A DNA stretch of 62,731 bases, filler included, from Candidatus Rokuibacteriota bacterium (GCA_031406795.1; 4 parts of 4 records of this genome joined end to end with filler, not necessarily neighbours in it); one strand, 5' to 3'; counted from the whole stretch's first letter, positions 26,463-37,227 are shown. Numbers and translations: made by a program. Notes: generated by a model from the letters alone, not told the origin.

Positions 26463-26635
26463 CGGCTTGCGAATCCGCGAATATGCGGCAGCTGCCGGTG
26501 GTGAGCCGATGCTCTCGGGAAGTAGGACTGCAGGCGAAGGCCTTGAGACCAACAGGAATGGTCGGTGGTACAGTGGAGCCTCGGTGCGAAGATTGCCTCG
26601 GCCGTTCGAGGCGCCGGATGAGAGGGAGGCCCGTC

Positions 26636-27001
26636 ATGCCCGAGCACATCGCTTCACCGGTTGTCATTCAGGCAGCCGGCACGAAACCGAAACTCATCGA
26701 GGAATTCGTCGGCCGCGTCGTCTCCGGAACGGAAGGGGTCAGCGTCGCTCGGATGTGCAGTCCCGGGGGGTGGGCGGAGCCGGGGCAGACTCCGGAGTTC
26801 GACGAGTACTCGGTCGTCCTCAAGGGGATGCTGCGCGTTCAGACCAGGGGCGTCACGCACGACGTCTACGCCGGCGAGGCGGTCATCGTGCACCGCGGCG
26901 AGTGGGTGCGCTACAGCACGCCGCTGGCGGATGGTGCTGAGTACATAGCCGTCTGCACGCCGGCGTTCTCCCCGGAGCTGGTGCACCGGGAGGAAAGCTG
27001 A
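26636..27001 (+). CDS. Cupin-domain protein
   Basis: [41 protein letters not shown]. Confidence 0.8.
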   Translation: MPEHIASPVVIQAAGTKPKLIEEFVGRVVSGTEGVSVARMCSPGGWAEPGQTPEFDEYSVVLKGMLRVQTRGVTHDVYAGEAVIVHRGEWVRYSTPLADGAEYIAVCTPAFSPELVHREES

Positions 27002-27086
27002 CCTGGCGGCTCACCGGCGGCAGGTCGGGGCTGAACCGCCGCCCCGACGTGCGCTTGGGTCGAAAGTGGCGGGAGGAGAAGAGTCG

Positions 27087-27623
27087 ATGACGACACGTCT
27101 GGAGGTCCTCGAGGGCGACATCACCACGCTCGCCGTGGACGCAATCGTCAATGCGGCGAACTCTACGCTGCTCGGGGGCGGCGGGGTCGATGGCGCAATT
27201 CATCGCGCCGCCGGGCCGGAATTGCTCGATGAGTGCCGGCGCCTCGGCGGTTGCGCCACCGGACAGGCGAAGCTGACGCGCGGCTACCGGCTCCCGGCAA
27301 GGTACGTCATTCACGCGGTCGGGCCGGTCTGGCGCGGCGGGCGCTCGGGCGAGCCGGGTCTGCTCGCCTCCTGTTATCGGGAGAGCCTCCGCCTCGCCCG
27401 CGAGTACGGCGTGCGCACCATCGCGTTTCCGGCCATCAGCTGCGGCGTCTACGGGTACCCGATCGCATCGGCCGCCGCGATCGCGGTCGCCACCGTGAGC
27501 GCCGAGTGCGCCCGGCAGCCGGGGATCGAGCGAGCGTCGTTCATCTGCCACTCCAGGGCCGACGCGGAGGTCTACGCGGCGGCGCTCGCAGCGCACGAGC
27601 CCGGCGCCGGGGACCCGCCCTGA
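27087..27623 (+). CDS. Macrodomain O-acetyl-ADP-ribose deacetylase (YmdB-like)
   Basis: [40 protein letters not shown]. Confidence 0.93.
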   Translation: MTTRLEVLEGDITTLAVDAIVNAANSTLLGGGGVDGAIHRAAGPELLDECRRLGGCATGQAKLTRGYRLPARYVIHAVGPVWRGGRSGEPGLLASCYRESLRLAREYGVRTIAFPAISCGVYGYPIASAAAIAVATVSAECARQPGIERASFICHSRADAEVYAAALAAHEPGAGDPP

Positions 27624-28177
27624 CTCCGGCGACCCGCGTACGCTGCTTCGAGCCCATCGCGGACGAGGGCGCCACGCGCCTGATCCTGGGCAGCATGCCC
27701 GGGGCGGCGTCGCTGCGAGCCGGGCAGTACTACGCGCACCCGCGCAACCTCTTCTGGCGCATCCTCGGCGAGTTGCTCGGCCTGGACCCCGGGCTGCCCT
27801 ACGACTGCCGGACCGGGGCGCTGACCGCGGCGGGCATCGCGCTCTGGGACGTGCTCCAGTCCTGCGCGCGCGCAGGCAGCCTGGACTCCGCAATCGAGAA
27901 GGACTCGGTCGTGCCGAACGACTTCGCGACGTTTTTCGCGCGACACCCGCACGTGCGCCGGGTCTACTTCAACGGGTCGACGGCGGAATTGTCCTATCGG
28001 CGGTGGGTGTTGCCCCGATTGCCGCCGACGGCCGGGCCGCTGTTCTATGCGCGACTGCCGTCGACCAGCCCCGCGCACGCGGCGCTGGCTTTCAAGGAGA
28101 AACTTGCGGCGTGGCGGGTCGTCACGACCTGCGCCACGGGCGCCCGCCGGACCGCCTCACGGGGACGCCGGCGGTGA
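27620..28177 (+). CDS. Hypoxanthine/deoxyinosine DNA glycosylase (UDG family 6)
   Basis: [10 protein letters not shown]...[25 protein letters not shown]; start uncertain (CTG at 27620?). Confidence 0.85.
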   Translation: MTPATRVRCFEPIADEGATRLILGSMPGAASLRAGQYYAHPRNLFWRILGELLGLDPGLPYDCRTGALTAAGIALWDVLQSCARAGSLDSAIEKDSVVPNDFATFFARHPHVRRVYFNGSTAELSYRRWVLPRLPPTAGPLFYARLPSTSPAHAALAFKEKLAAWRVVTTCATGARRTASRGRRR

Positions 28178-28876
28178 CTCCCCTGCGTCCGGGAGCGGCT
28201 CCGTAGCCCAGCTGCCTCTGCGTGTCGGCAATTCGAGCGCCTGGGCGAGCTCGGCCAGGAAGCGTTCGCGCGGCCACTCGCGCGCGCCGAAGCGCTCGAG
28301 GTGTTCCGTGGCCACCTGACAGTCGATGAGCGTGATTCCCCAGAGCTGCAGCCGCCGTACGAGCGTCACGAAGACCGCTTTCGAGGCGTCGGGCGCGTGG
28401 GCGAACATCGATTCGCCGAAGAACGCCCCGCCGAGCGACACGCCGTAGAGCCCGCCCGCGAACCGGTCCCCCTGCCAGGCCTCCGCTGAGTGCGCGTACC
28501 CCAGCCGGTGCAGCCGCTTGTAGGCCCGGCGCATCTCCGCGGTGATCCAGGTCCCCTGCTGGCCGGGGCGCCCGGCCGCAGCGCACGCGTCGATCACCCG
28601 GCCGAACGCCGCATCGAAGGTGATCCTGAAGGTGCCGCGTCGCAGGGTGCGGCCGAGGCTGCGCGAGACGTGAAGCTCCGCCGCCCGCAGGACGAGCCGC
28701 GGGTCGGGCGAGTGCCAGAGGATCGGCTGTCCTTCTTCGTACCAGGGGAAGATGCCCATCGCGTACGCGAGCAGCAGCCGCTCGGGTGAGAGATCGCCGC
28801 CGACCGCGAGCAAGCCCTCCTCGGCAAGTTCCGGCGGCGGGAAGACCAGCCGCTCGTCGAGGCGGAAGACCGGCAC
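28157..28876 (-). CDS. aat: Leucyl/phenylalanyl-tRNA-protein transferase
   Basis: GGDL..ERLL.AY..GIFPW, GGLYG, FFGESMF, DASK, IDCQ. Confidence 0.96.
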   Translation of the reverse strand: MPVFRLDERLVFPPPELAEEGLLAVGGDLSPERLLLAYAMGIFPWYEEGQPILWHSPDPRLVLRAAELHVSRSLGRTLRRGTFRITFDAAFGRVIDACAAAGRPGQQGTWITAEMRRAYKRLHRLGYAHSAEAWQGDRFAGGLYGVSLGGAFFGESMFAHAPDASKAVFVTLVRRLQLWGITLIDCQVATEHLERFGAREWPRERFLAELAQALELPTRRGSWATEPLPDAGESPPASP

Positions 28877-28889
28877 GGCCGCAGCAGAG

Positions 28890-31181
28890 TCAGGACGCCG
28901 CAGGCGAAGCGGGCGCCGGCGGCGGCGCCGGGTCGACGGCGAAGGTCAGCCGCTCCCCGTCGAAGCCGATCGCCACGGCGCCGCCGTGCTCGAGCCCGCC
29001 GAAAAGCAGTTCATCGGCGAGATGGTCGCGCACTTCGGTCTGGATCAGTCGTCCGAGGGGCCGCGCGCCGTTCGCGGGGTCGTACCCGGCGCGGGCGAGG
29101 TGCGCGGTCGCCGCAGCGTCGAGCTTGATGGTCACGCGCTTCTCGGCCAGCTGCAGCTCCAGCTCCCGGATGAGCTTGACGACGATTGCCTCCATCACCT
29201 CGGGGCTCAGGTGGTCGAACGCGACCGTCGCGTCGAGGCGGTTGCGGAATTCCGGCGAGAACAGCCGCTCGACGGCCTGTTTCGCGCGAGCCGCTCCCTC
29301 CCGGGCGAGATCGGCGCCGAAGCCGATGGCCCCGGCGGCCGCCTCGCGCGAGCCGGCGTTGGAAGTCATGATCAGCACGACCTGCCGGAAGTCGGCCTTG
29401 CGCCCGGTGTTGTCGGTGAGCGCCGCGTGATCCATCACCTGGAGCAGGATGTCGAAGAGGTCGGGATGCGCTTTCTCGATCTCGTCGAACAGCACCACGC
29501 TGGCGGGCTGGCGGCGCACGGCGTCGACGAGCAGACCACCCTGCTCGAAACCGACATAGCCCGGCGGGGCGCCGATGAGTCTCGCCACGGCGTGCTTCTC
29601 CATGAATTCGCTCATGTCGAAGCGGTGGAACTCGCAGCCGAGCTGACGCGCCAGCTGGCGCGCCAACTCCGTCTTGCCGACGCCGGTGGGCCCCGTGAAC
29701 AGGAAGCAGCCGGCGGGGTGGTCGGGGTGCCCGAGGCCGGCGCGCGAACGCTTGATGGCGCGCACGACGGTGCGGACGGCCTCTTGCTGGCCGAAGACGG
29801 CGCCGCCGAGCGCCTCTTCGAGCCCGCGCAGGCGCTCCTTCTCCGAGAGCGTGACCTGCCGCTCCGGGATCCGCGCCATGCGGGCGATGACGCGCTCGAT
29901 CTCGGGGACGCCGACGATCGGCGTGGTCCCGGGGGCGCAGGCGAGGCGCAACGCCGCCCCGGCCTCGTCGATCACGTCCACCGCGCTGTCGGGAAGGCGC
30001 TGTTCGCGCAGGTGCCGACCGGCCAGGCGTACCGCCGTCTCGAGCGCTTCGGGGGCGTAGGTGACGCCGTGGTGCAGCTCGTAGCGCGACCGCAGACCTT
30101 CGAGGATCTGCAGGCACTCGGCGGGCGAAGGCTCCTCGATCGTGATCTTCTGCAGGCGACGGTGCAGCGCGCGGTCCTTCTCGATCTGCTTGTACTCGTC
30201 GAAGGTCGTCGCCCCGACGAGGCGCACCCGGCCCTGCGTGAGCACCGGTTTGAGCATGTTGGCCAGGTCCATCGTGCCGCCGCTGGTCGCGCCGGCCCCG
30301 ACCATCGTATGCAGTTCGTCGACGAAGAGGATCGGCTTGGGGCGCTTCTCGAGCGCCGCGATGAGAGCCTTGAAGCGCTCCTCGAAGTCGCCGCGGAAAC
30401 GCGTGCCGGCCAGCAGCGCCCCGCTGTCCAGCGCGAAAATCTCGGCTCCGCGCAGCATCTCGGGGGTGTCCTCGCCGCTCAGGCGCTGCGCGAGGCCCTC
30501 GACGAGCGCGGTCTTGCCCACGCCGGCTTCGCCCACGAAGACGGGGTTGTTCTTGCGCCGGCGGCAGAGCACCTCGAGCGCGCGGGAAATCTCGGGCAGC
30601 CGGCCGACCAGCGGGTCGAGATCGCCGGAGCGCGCCCGTTCCGTCAGGTTGACCGTGAAGGCCGCCAAGGGGTCGGCCACCGGGCGCGGCACCTCCCGGG
30701 CACCGTCGCCGTGCGCCTGATCGCTCCGCGGCGCCGGCGCGGCGCCGGGGACTTTCGCGACTCCGTGCGAGATGTAGTTGAGGACGTCGAGGCGGGTGAC
30801 GCCCTGGGCGTCCAGGGCCTGTGCGGCATAGGTCTTGGGCTGCGCCAGCAGGGCGGCGAGGACGTCGCCGACGCCCGCCTCCTCCCGCCCTGCGCTGGCC
30901 AAGTGCAGGATGGTCTGCTCGAGCACGCGACGAAAGGCGACGGTCTGGACCGGCTCGGACTCGCTGCCCTGCGCGAGCTTCTCGAGCGCCCGCTCCAGAT
31001 GGCTGGCCAGATCGGCACGCAGCCGGTCGAGGTCGGCGCCGCAGGCGCGAAGAATCTCCTCGCCCGACGGGTGGTGGGCCGCCGCGAAAAGCAGGTGCTC
31101 GAGCGTGAGGTGCCCGTGGCGCCGGTGAACCGCCTCCCGGTGCGCCAGGACCAGAACTATCTCAAGAGCCGCGCTGATCAT
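28890..31181 (-). CDS. clpA: ATP-dependent Clp protease ATPase ClpA
   Basis: RRRKNNP, two Walker A motifs ([16 protein letters not shown]), IGF loop, GARPL. Confidence 0.96.
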   Translation of the reverse strand: MISAALEIVLVLAHREAVHRRHGHLTLEHLLFAAAHHPSGEEILRACGADLDRLRADLASHLERALEKLAQGSESEPVQTVAFRRVLEQTILHLASAGREEAGVGDVLAALLAQPKTYAAQALDAQGVTRLDVLNYISHGVAKVPGAAPAPRSDQAHGDGAREVPRPVADPLAAFTVNLTERARSGDLDPLVGRLPEISRALEVLCRRRKNNPVFVGEAGVGKTALVEGLAQRLSGEDTPEMLRGAEIFALDSGALLAGTRFRGDFEERFKALIAALEKRPKPILFVDELHTMVGAGATSGGTMDLANMLKPVLTQGRVRLVGATTFDEYKQIEKDRALHRRLQKITIEEPSPAECLQILEGLRSRYELHHGVTYAPEALETAVRLAGRHLREQRLPDSAVDVIDEAGAALRLACAPGTTPIVGVPEIERVIARMARIPERQVTLSEKERLRGLEEALGGAVFGQQEAVRTVVRAIKRSRAGLGHPDHPAGCFLFTGPTGVGKTELARQLARQLGCEFHRFDMSEFMEKHAVARLIGAPPGYVGFEQGGLLVDAVRRQPASVVLFDEIEKAHPDLFDILLQVMDHAALTDNTGRKADFRQVVLIMTSNAGSREAAAGAIGFGADLAREGAARAKQAVERLFSPEFRNRLDATVAFDHLSPEVMEAIVVKLIRELELQLAEKRVTIKLDAAATAHLARAGYDPANGARPLGRLIQTEVRDHLADELLFGGLEHGGAVAIGFDGERLTFAVDPAPPPAPASPAAS

Positions 31182-31193
31182 GTCATTCCCCGG

Positions 31194-31511
31194 TCATTCC
31201 TCTTCCATGCTGGCCCGCAGCGGGAAGCCCTGCTTTCGCGCCCGCTCATGGACCAGGGCGACCTTGGTCTCGGCGATCTCGTAGGGGTAGGCGCCGCAGA
31301 TCCCGAGCCCGTGCTCGTGCACGTGCATCATGATGCGGAAGGCCTCGGCCGGCGACTTGGCGAAAACCCCCTCCAGCACCTCGAGCACGAACTCCATCGT
31401 CGTGTAGTCGTCGTTGTGCAACAGCACCTTGTAGATGCGTGGCAGGCGGCTCTCGGTCTTCTGCTGTTCGAGGACTTGGCCGCCGGGGGTGCCGCCGGTG
31501 GATTCCGCCAT
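31194..31511 (-). CDS. clpS: Clp adaptor ClpS
   Basis: KVLLHNDDYTTMEFV, VHEHG, EIAETK, FPL. Confidence 0.95.
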   Translation of the reverse strand: MAESTGGTPGGQVLEQQKTESRLPRIYKVLLHNDDYTTMEFVLEVLEGVFAKSPAEAFRIMMHVHEHGLGICGAYPYEIAETKVALVHERARKQGFPLRASMEEE

Positions 31512-31569
31512 GCCAATCACCCTTTCGCTGTGCCGACGCCGGGCATACTCGGCGGCGCCGCGCGTCCTG

Positions 31570-32010
31570 TCAACCCCCGCAGACCGAGCGCGCCCAGGCA
31601 ACCAGCCCCGCGAGATCCATCGCACCCGACTGACGCGCGATCTCCTTGCCGCCCCGGAAGGCGACCAGCGTCGGGATGCTGCGGATGCCGAAGCGCGCGC
31701 CGAGCCCCGGCTCGGCCTCGGTATCGACCTTGGCAAGACGCATGCGCGGTTCGAGTTCGGCGGCGGCCCGCTCGAACGCCGGCGCCATCATCTTGCAGGG
31801 GCCGCACCAGGGAGCCCAGAAGTCAACGATCACGGGTAGGTCGCTCCGCCCGATCTGCCGGTCGAACGTCGCGCCCGTGACCGCCACCGGATGCCGCTGG
31901 AAGAGCGCGGCATGGCATGAACCGCAAGACGGACTTGCGTCGAGCCTTGCCGCGGGGACACGGTTGACCCCGGAACAACTCGGACAAACGACATGCACGG
32001 CCTGATCCAT
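31570..32010 (-). CDS. trxC: Thioredoxin 2
   Basis: CPSC...CGSC zinc finger plus WCGPC. Confidence 0.93.
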   Translation of the reverse strand: MDQAVHVVCPSCSGVNRVPAARLDASPSCGSCHAALFQRHPVAVTGATFDRQIGRSDLPVIVDFWAPWCGPCKMMAPAFERAAAELEPRMRLAKVDTEAEPGLGARFGIRSIPTLVAFRGGKEIARQSGAMDLAGLVAWARSVCGG

Positions 32011-32122
32011 GCTTTTTCTCCGGCGTTACCTGTTGCGCGCCCGCTGCATGTTCAATTGATGCGCCCGCAGCCCCGACGATGCATTCCGCCCGGTGCTATC
32101 ATTGCGCCGTGGAGTACGAAGG

Positions 32123-32833
32123 ATGATGGCGGATGTCGGGGCAGGGGAGATCGCCGCGCGCCTCGCGGAGGTGCGGGGGAGGATCGACCGTTGCGCGGTG
32201 CGGTCCGGCCGCACGCCCGGCGAAATCACCCTCGTCGCGGTCTCGAAGACGGTTTCCGCCGCCGTCGTCGCGGCGGCTGCCGCGGCCGGTCAGCGGATCT
32301 TCGGCGAGAACCGGGTCCAGGAAGCGCTCGGCAAGGCCGAGTTCCTCGGCCCAGGGCTGGAGTGGCACCTGATCGGGCACTTGCAGAGCAACAAAGCCAA
32401 GGCCGCCGTGCGGCTCTTCACCGTCGTCGAGTCGCTGGACTCGCCCGCGCTGGCGCTCGAACTCGACCGCCGCGCCGGCGAGGCCGGCCGGCGGCTGCGC
32501 GTTCTCGTACAGGTCAAACTGGCCGAAGAGGCGACCAAGAGCGGGGTCGCGCAGCAGGATGCGCCGGCGTTGATCGAAACCGTGGCGCGCCTGCCGAATC
32601 TCGAACTCGCGGGCCTGATGACAATTCCGCCGCCTCCCGGGATCCCCGAAGACTCCCGCCCCTGGTTTGGGCGCCTGCGCGGGCTGCGGGATCTCTGGGA
32701 CGGCGAGTGTTGTCCACGCGGAACCTTGCGTGAACTCTCGATGGGGATGAGCGCCGACTATGAAGTGGCGATCGAGGAGGGCGCGACGATGGTCAGGGTC
32801 GGGTCGGTGATCTTCGGCGGGCGGACCGCCTAG
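32123..32833 (+). CDS. yggS: PLP homeostasis protein YggS
   Basis: AVSK, FGENRVQE, WHLIGHLQSNK, GLMT, LSMGMS.D. Confidence 0.96.
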   Translation: MMADVGAGEIAARLAEVRGRIDRCAVRSGRTPGEITLVAVSKTVSAAVVAAAAAAGQRIFGENRVQEALGKAEFLGPGLEWHLIGHLQSNKAKAAVRLFTVVESLDSPALALELDRRAGEAGRRLRVLVQVKLAEEATKSGVAQQDAPALIETVARLPNLELAGLMTIPPPPGIPEDSRPWFGRLRGLRDLWDGECCPRGTLRELSMGMSADYEVAIEEGATMVRVGSVIFGGRTA

Positions 32834-33708
32834 TGCGCCGTGAGGGGGAACTTCTTGCTCCGCTTGTCGATGAGCTGCGGCGACTGAGCCGGTTCCTGCG
32901 CGGAGGTGCGCGGGGCGGCGTAGGTGAAGGCCTGCTGGGCGGAGGTCGTCTTCCGGGTGGGGTTGGCCGCTCCGCGCAGACCCTCGACGAAATAGTGGGT
33001 GAACACACCGTTGCGCAGCTGACTGCTCTCGCCGGGGGCGACGCCGTTTTGCGCGCCGGAGATGAAGACGTAGCCGGGACGCGCCAGCTCGTGGCTCATA
33101 CCGTCGACGCTGTGCGGGGCGACGGCCTTGCCGTTCCCGGCCCGCAGGATACATCTCTCCTTCTCCGAGGCGATCCCTGAGCGGGAGCCAGGCCCGCTGA
33201 AGCCGGCATCCAGAATGACCAGCACGTTGTTCGTCGGCAGTGCCGCAAGCAGCGACTCGATTGCGTCGTCGCTCAAGTCCCGCGCCGAGGAGGTGGTCAG
33301 GCCGTCGAAGGGCACGAGGTATTCCTCGAGGCCGTCGCCTTCGTCGAAGGGCGGTTGGTCGGGACCATAACTGCCGCGGCCCGAGAAGAAGAAGACGACC
33401 TGGTCGTCCGCGCCGACCCGCTTCGCGAGTCCCGCGAGCGCGGTCTTGATCCCGTCGCGCGTGGCGGAGCTGTTGGTGAGCAGGATGATGTTGTCGTTCT
33501 CCCAACCCTTGCTGCCGCGCAGCGTGTCGTAAAAATCCAGCGCATCCTCCTCGGCCCACTTCAGATTGAGCGCGGAGGACTGGTAGCTCGAAACCCCGAC
33601 GATGACCGCCCAGTTCTTCTTGCCGGAGTCGTCGTCGCTGTTGAACAGATCGCCGCACCCGGCAAGGAAAATCACGCTCAACAGCGCCATGATGGCCGTG
33701 GGGCGCAC
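32830..33708 (-). CDS. Caspase-like (peptidase C14) lipoprotein, catalytic dyad absent
   Basis: LAGC lipobox; WAVIVGV..Y, AT...I, FFFSGRG, ILDAGFSG, NGVFT. Confidence 0.8.
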   Translation of the reverse strand: MRPTAIMALLSVIFLAGCGDLFNSDDDSGKKNWAVIVGVSSYQSSALNLKWAEEDALDFYDTLRGSKGWENDNIILLTNSSATRDGIKTALAGLAKRVGADDQVVFFFSGRGSYGPDQPPFDEGDGLEEYLVPFDGLTTSSARDLSDDAIESLLAALPTNNVLVILDAGFSGPGSRSGIASEKERCILRAGNGKAVAPHSVDGMSHELARPGYVFISGAQNGVAPGESSQLRNGVFTHYFVEGLRGAANPTRKTTSAQQAFTYAAPRTSAQEPAQSPQLIDKRSKKFPLTAH

Positions 33709-33816
33709 GCATCTCCTGACCGTCGATATGCACATAGCTGTGCGGGATTGTACGAGTTTTGACGGCGGCAGGTCAAGGCCGCAATTCCGACAATAATCCC
33801 GGCCCGGCAAGCGGCT

Positions 33817-35052
33817 TCACGGCGGCAGCGGGACCAGCGTCGCGCCATCCTCGATCAGCAGAGCGCGCCGCGCGGACGGGGCCAGCAGGTCGGTGGCGGC
33901 GTTTATCGCGGACTCTACCGAGCCGAAGATCGGCAGCGGCAGGCCCCCCAGATCCGCAGGGCTCGGCGAGACCAGCCAGACGCGTCTGCCCGTGGCGGTG
34001 AAGCGGAGGAAATTCAAGAGCTTGTGGTCGCCGAGTCGGTAATCATCCGCTGAGCGCCGTTCTCCGGCGGCGAGCTTCGCCGGCGATTCGAGGAACTGGG
34101 TGAACGTCGCCGGCCCGAGGCCGGCGGGGCAGTCGGCGACCAGCACCAGAACGCCGCCGTCGGCGACCGCCGACTTCCAGTGCTCGAAGCCCTTGAGCGC
34201 CTGATAGAAATCCCGATCCAGCGGGTGATCGACGAAGCAGAGCACCAGCGAGGCCGGGCCGTCGATCCGCCGTCCGAAGAGCACCCGGCCGTGGGGAGCG
34301 AGGGCCCCGGGCAAGGTGTGCAGCGGACCCGCGTGACAGCCGCGAATCTGCCCGCCCGCGACGAGCGCGTTGACGCCGAGCGGTTCCGGGGCGCCTCTGG
34401 CGGTCAGCCGCGCGCGGAGCAGTCCGGCCGCCTCCTCGAGGTCCAGGTGCAGCGGGTTGTCCTCGAGCGCCCCGGCGACCGCTCCCGGCTCGAGAGCCAG
34501 ACGGTGGTTGGCGCGCATCGTCTCGAGGGAGCAGAGCCCGGGGACGAGCGACTTGCGCCCCCCCGTCCAGCCGGCGAAATAGTGCGGCTCGACCGAGCCG
34601 AGGCAGACCACGGCAGCCGGCCAGTCGAGCAGGCCGCTGATTTGCACCGGGGTGCCGCGGCTCGTGGTCCCGAGGTAGACGAGCGGATCCGAAGCCGCGC
34701 GGTGAATGTGGATGCGCGGCCGGACCCGATCGAGAAGGCCGCCGAAGATCTCGCGCAATTCGGGCTCGGAAGGCGGGGCGTGACAGCCGGTGGCGACGGC
34801 GATGCGCACGTCGGGTGAGCGCCAGTCGCAATCCAGCCGCCCCATCAGCCACGGGGTGGGGGTCGCGCGCTGGGCGTCGTTGACGACAACCAGCAGCGGC
34901 CCGGACGCCACCTCGATCGACCGGGGCGCCGGAAGCGGCTGCGGCAACGCCGCGGCCGTGGCGGCCGCGAGATGACGGGTCCGCCACCCCGGCGGAAAGA
35001 TGACCGGCATTTCCACGACGCCGCTGCGCAGCGCCCTGCGGATGCTGACCAT
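33817..35052 (-). CDS. LarA-family nickel-pincer racemase/epimerase homologue
   Basis: ND..R, ATG.H, GTTSRGTP, EPHYFAG.TGGRKS..PG, NH, YQ..K; start uncertain. Confidence 0.8.
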   Translation of the reverse strand: MVSIRRALRSGVVEMPVIFPPGWRTRHLAAATAAALPQPLPAPRSIEVASGPLLVVVNDAQRATPTPWLMGRLDCDWRSPDVRIAVATGCHAPPSEPELREIFGGLLDRVRPRIHIHRAASDPLVYLGTTSRGTPVQISGLLDWPAAVVCLGSVEPHYFAGWTGGRKSLVPGLCSLETMRANHRLALEPGAVAGALEDNPLHLDLEEAAGLLRARLTARGAPEPLGVNALVAGGQIRGCHAGPLHTLPGALAPHGRVLFGRRIDGPASLVLCFVDHPLDRDFYQALKGFEHWKSAVADGGVLVLVADCPAGLGPATFTQFLESPAKLAAGERRSADDYRLGDHKLLNFLRFTATGRRVWLVSPSPADLGGLPLPIFGSVESAINAATDLLAPSARRALLIEDGATLVPLPP

Positions 35053-35119
35053 CGATCGGGGCATGCGTGCCGGTATACCGCGAACCCGCCTGATTTGCCA
35101 GCCGGCCTGTTCCGGCCGC

Positions 35120-35335
35120 GATCCGCGCGCACGCGCGGATCCAGCAGCAGAGGAGGCATTTCAACCGCTGAAGAACCGGGTTTTCGTGCATGAAGCACGT
35201 TGTGGCAAAGGTCAAGCATCGATTGAAGCACGCATTGCGATCAGAAATGAGCAACGACTCGGTAAAATCCAGACCAGACGACAAGCCTGACGCCCCTGAT
35301 CCGCGCGTTACGCGCGTTACGCGCGGATCAGGGGC
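35120..35335. repeat. Two related palindromes sharing GATCCGCGCG/CGCGCGGATC
   Basis: 35120-35141 (10-bp arms) and 35292-35335 (17-bp perfect arms) in a divergent intergenic region. Confidence 0.75.
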
Positions 35336-35408
35336 CGGGTTTCCTCCGGATTCTGCTAGGATGAGGCTTTCGAGGGTCGGCGTCGGCGTCATTTCAGGGG
35401 GGAGCGGC

Positions 35409-36614
35409 ATGTACGATTTCTACAAGGACCTGATTGCGAAAAACGACTCGAAGATCGTGCTGCTGGTGATGGACGGGCTCGGCGGACTTCCCCGTGAAGC
35501 GGGCGGCAAGACCGAACTGGCCACCGCCCGCACGCCGAACCTCGATCGGCTGGCCGCAGTCTCCTCCTGCGGGCTGTTCGAGCCGGTGCTGCCCGGCGTG
35601 ACCCCGGGGAGCGGGCCTTCGCACCTGGCGCTCTTCGGCTACGACCCGCTGCAGTTCAGGATCGGCCGCGGCGTCATGGAGGCGCTGGGGGTGAACTTCC
35701 CCGTCGAGCGCGGCGACCTCTGCGTGCGGCTGAACCTCGCGACCGCCGACGCGCAGGGGGTGCTGCTGGACCGCCGCGCCGGTCGCCCGAAGGACGAGGA
35801 GACGGCGCGCCTGGCGGCGAAGCTGCAGGCGTCTGTCGCGGTGCCCGGCTACGAGATCTTCTTCCGGCCGGTGAAGGAGCACCGCGCGGCGCTCGTCGTG
35901 CGCGGCCCCGGACTGGCGGAAGGGATTCGCGACACCGACCCGCAGGTGACGGGGAAGCCGCCGCTGCCGGTGGTCGGCATCGATCCGCAGAAGACGAAAA
36001 AGACGGTCGAGGTGTTGTCTTCGATCGTCGCGCAGGCCGAGCGCGCGCTCGCGGACGAACCGAAGGCCAACCGGATGCTGCTGCGCGGCATCTCCTTCTT
36101 CCACCCGCTGCCGACGCTGGAGGAGCGTTTCGGGCTGCGCTGCTGCGGCATCGCCGCCTACCCGATGTACAAGGGGCTCGCGCGCCTGGCCGGCATGGCG
36201 GTGGACGACCGGCCGAAGACCCCCGCGGACCTGGTCGCCGTGCTCAAGGACCGCTGGGCGGATTTCGACTACTTCTTCGTGCACTACAAGTACACCGACT
36301 CCTCCGGCGAGGATGGTGATTTCGACCGCAAGGTGCGGATGATCGAGGAGTGCGACGCGCTCGTCCCGGCGATCGAGGCGCTGCAGCCCGACGTGCTCGC
36401 CGTCACGGGAGATCACTCGACGCCCGCGGTCATGAAGGGGCACAGCTGGCATCCCGTGCCGGCGCTGCTGCATTCGCGCTACTGCCTGGCCGACGGTCTG
36501 CCCGGCTTCGACGAGGTCCACTGCGCCCGCGGCACGCTGGGACAGCGCCCGACGCTGCACCTGATGGCGCTGCTGCTGGCAAACGCGCTGCGCCTCTCGA
36601 AGTACGGGGCGTAG
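35409..36614 (+). CDS. apgM: Cofactor-independent phosphoglycerate mutase (ApgM type)
   Basis: MDGLGG, TPNLD, TPGS, HYKYTD..GEDG, TGDHSTP, HSWHPVP. Confidence 0.92.
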   Translation: MYDFYKDLIAKNDSKIVLLVMDGLGGLPREAGGKTELATARTPNLDRLAAVSSCGLFEPVLPGVTPGSGPSHLALFGYDPLQFRIGRGVMEALGVNFPVERGDLCVRLNLATADAQGVLLDRRAGRPKDEETARLAAKLQASVAVPGYEIFFRPVKEHRAALVVRGPGLAEGIRDTDPQVTGKPPLPVVGIDPQKTKKTVEVLSSIVAQAERALADEPKANRMLLRGISFFHPLPTLEERFGLRCCGIAAYPMYKGLARLAGMAVDDRPKTPADLVAVLKDRWADFDYFFVHYKYTDSSGEDGDFDRKVRMIEECDALVPAIEALQPDVLAVTGDHSTPAVMKGHSWHPVPALLHSRYCLADGLPGFDEVHCARGTLGQRPTLHLMALLLANALRLSKYGA

Positions 36615-36717
36615 CAGGCGGCAGGAGCGCGACGGATCGTTTTTTCGGACAGGAGGGATTGCCATGGATATCATCAGCACGTCCGACATTCTCGGTCTGA
36701 ACCTTTCGGAACGTATC

Positions 36718-37221
36718 ATGCGCATCCTGCTTCTTGTCCTTGCTATCGTTGCCACCGTTGCACCGGCGCACGCTCAGGACGCGGCAACCGGCATCGCGAA
36801 AGATGCCGCGCGTGGATCGAAGACTGCGCTGTTGTCAGTCGATGCGCTGTGCGCGCAGCTCACGCTCGATGAGGTCACCGCCATCATGGGGAAAAATTTC
36901 GGGCGAAGGCCGGACACTGAACAGCTGTACCAAGTATGCAAATACGGCGACAGCCAGGAAAAGAGCAAGCTGCTGGTTCGCTATTTCTCGCTCGGCAGCA
37001 GCAGGTTGAAGGAAGCGAGCTGGCGAAAATTCGTGGAAGTCGATGCGAAAGGTCAGGTGATCGAGCGCGATGGCGTGCTGGTGAGCCATTTCCGCGGAAA
37101 CAAGTTCGGCACGGACAGCATCTGGTTCACGGATCGGCAGGGTCACGCACTGGAATTGAATGTCAATTCGGGCGTCACCGAGGATCAGGCGGTGGCGCTG
37201 GCGAAGGCAGCGATGGATTGA
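36718..37221 (+). CDS. Secreted hypothetical protein
   Basis: Signal peptide MRILLLVLAIVATVAPAHA; two Cys; lower GC than flanks. Confidence 0.65.
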   Translation: MRILLLVLAIVATVAPAHAQDAATGIAKDAARGSKTALLSVDALCAQLTLDEVTAIMGKNFGRRPDTEQLYQVCKYGDSQEKSKLLVRYFSLGSSRLKEASWRKFVEVDAKGQVIERDGVLVSHFRGNKFGTDSIWFTDRQGHALELNVNSGVTEDQAVALAKAAMD

Positions 37222-37227
37222 GGTCCG

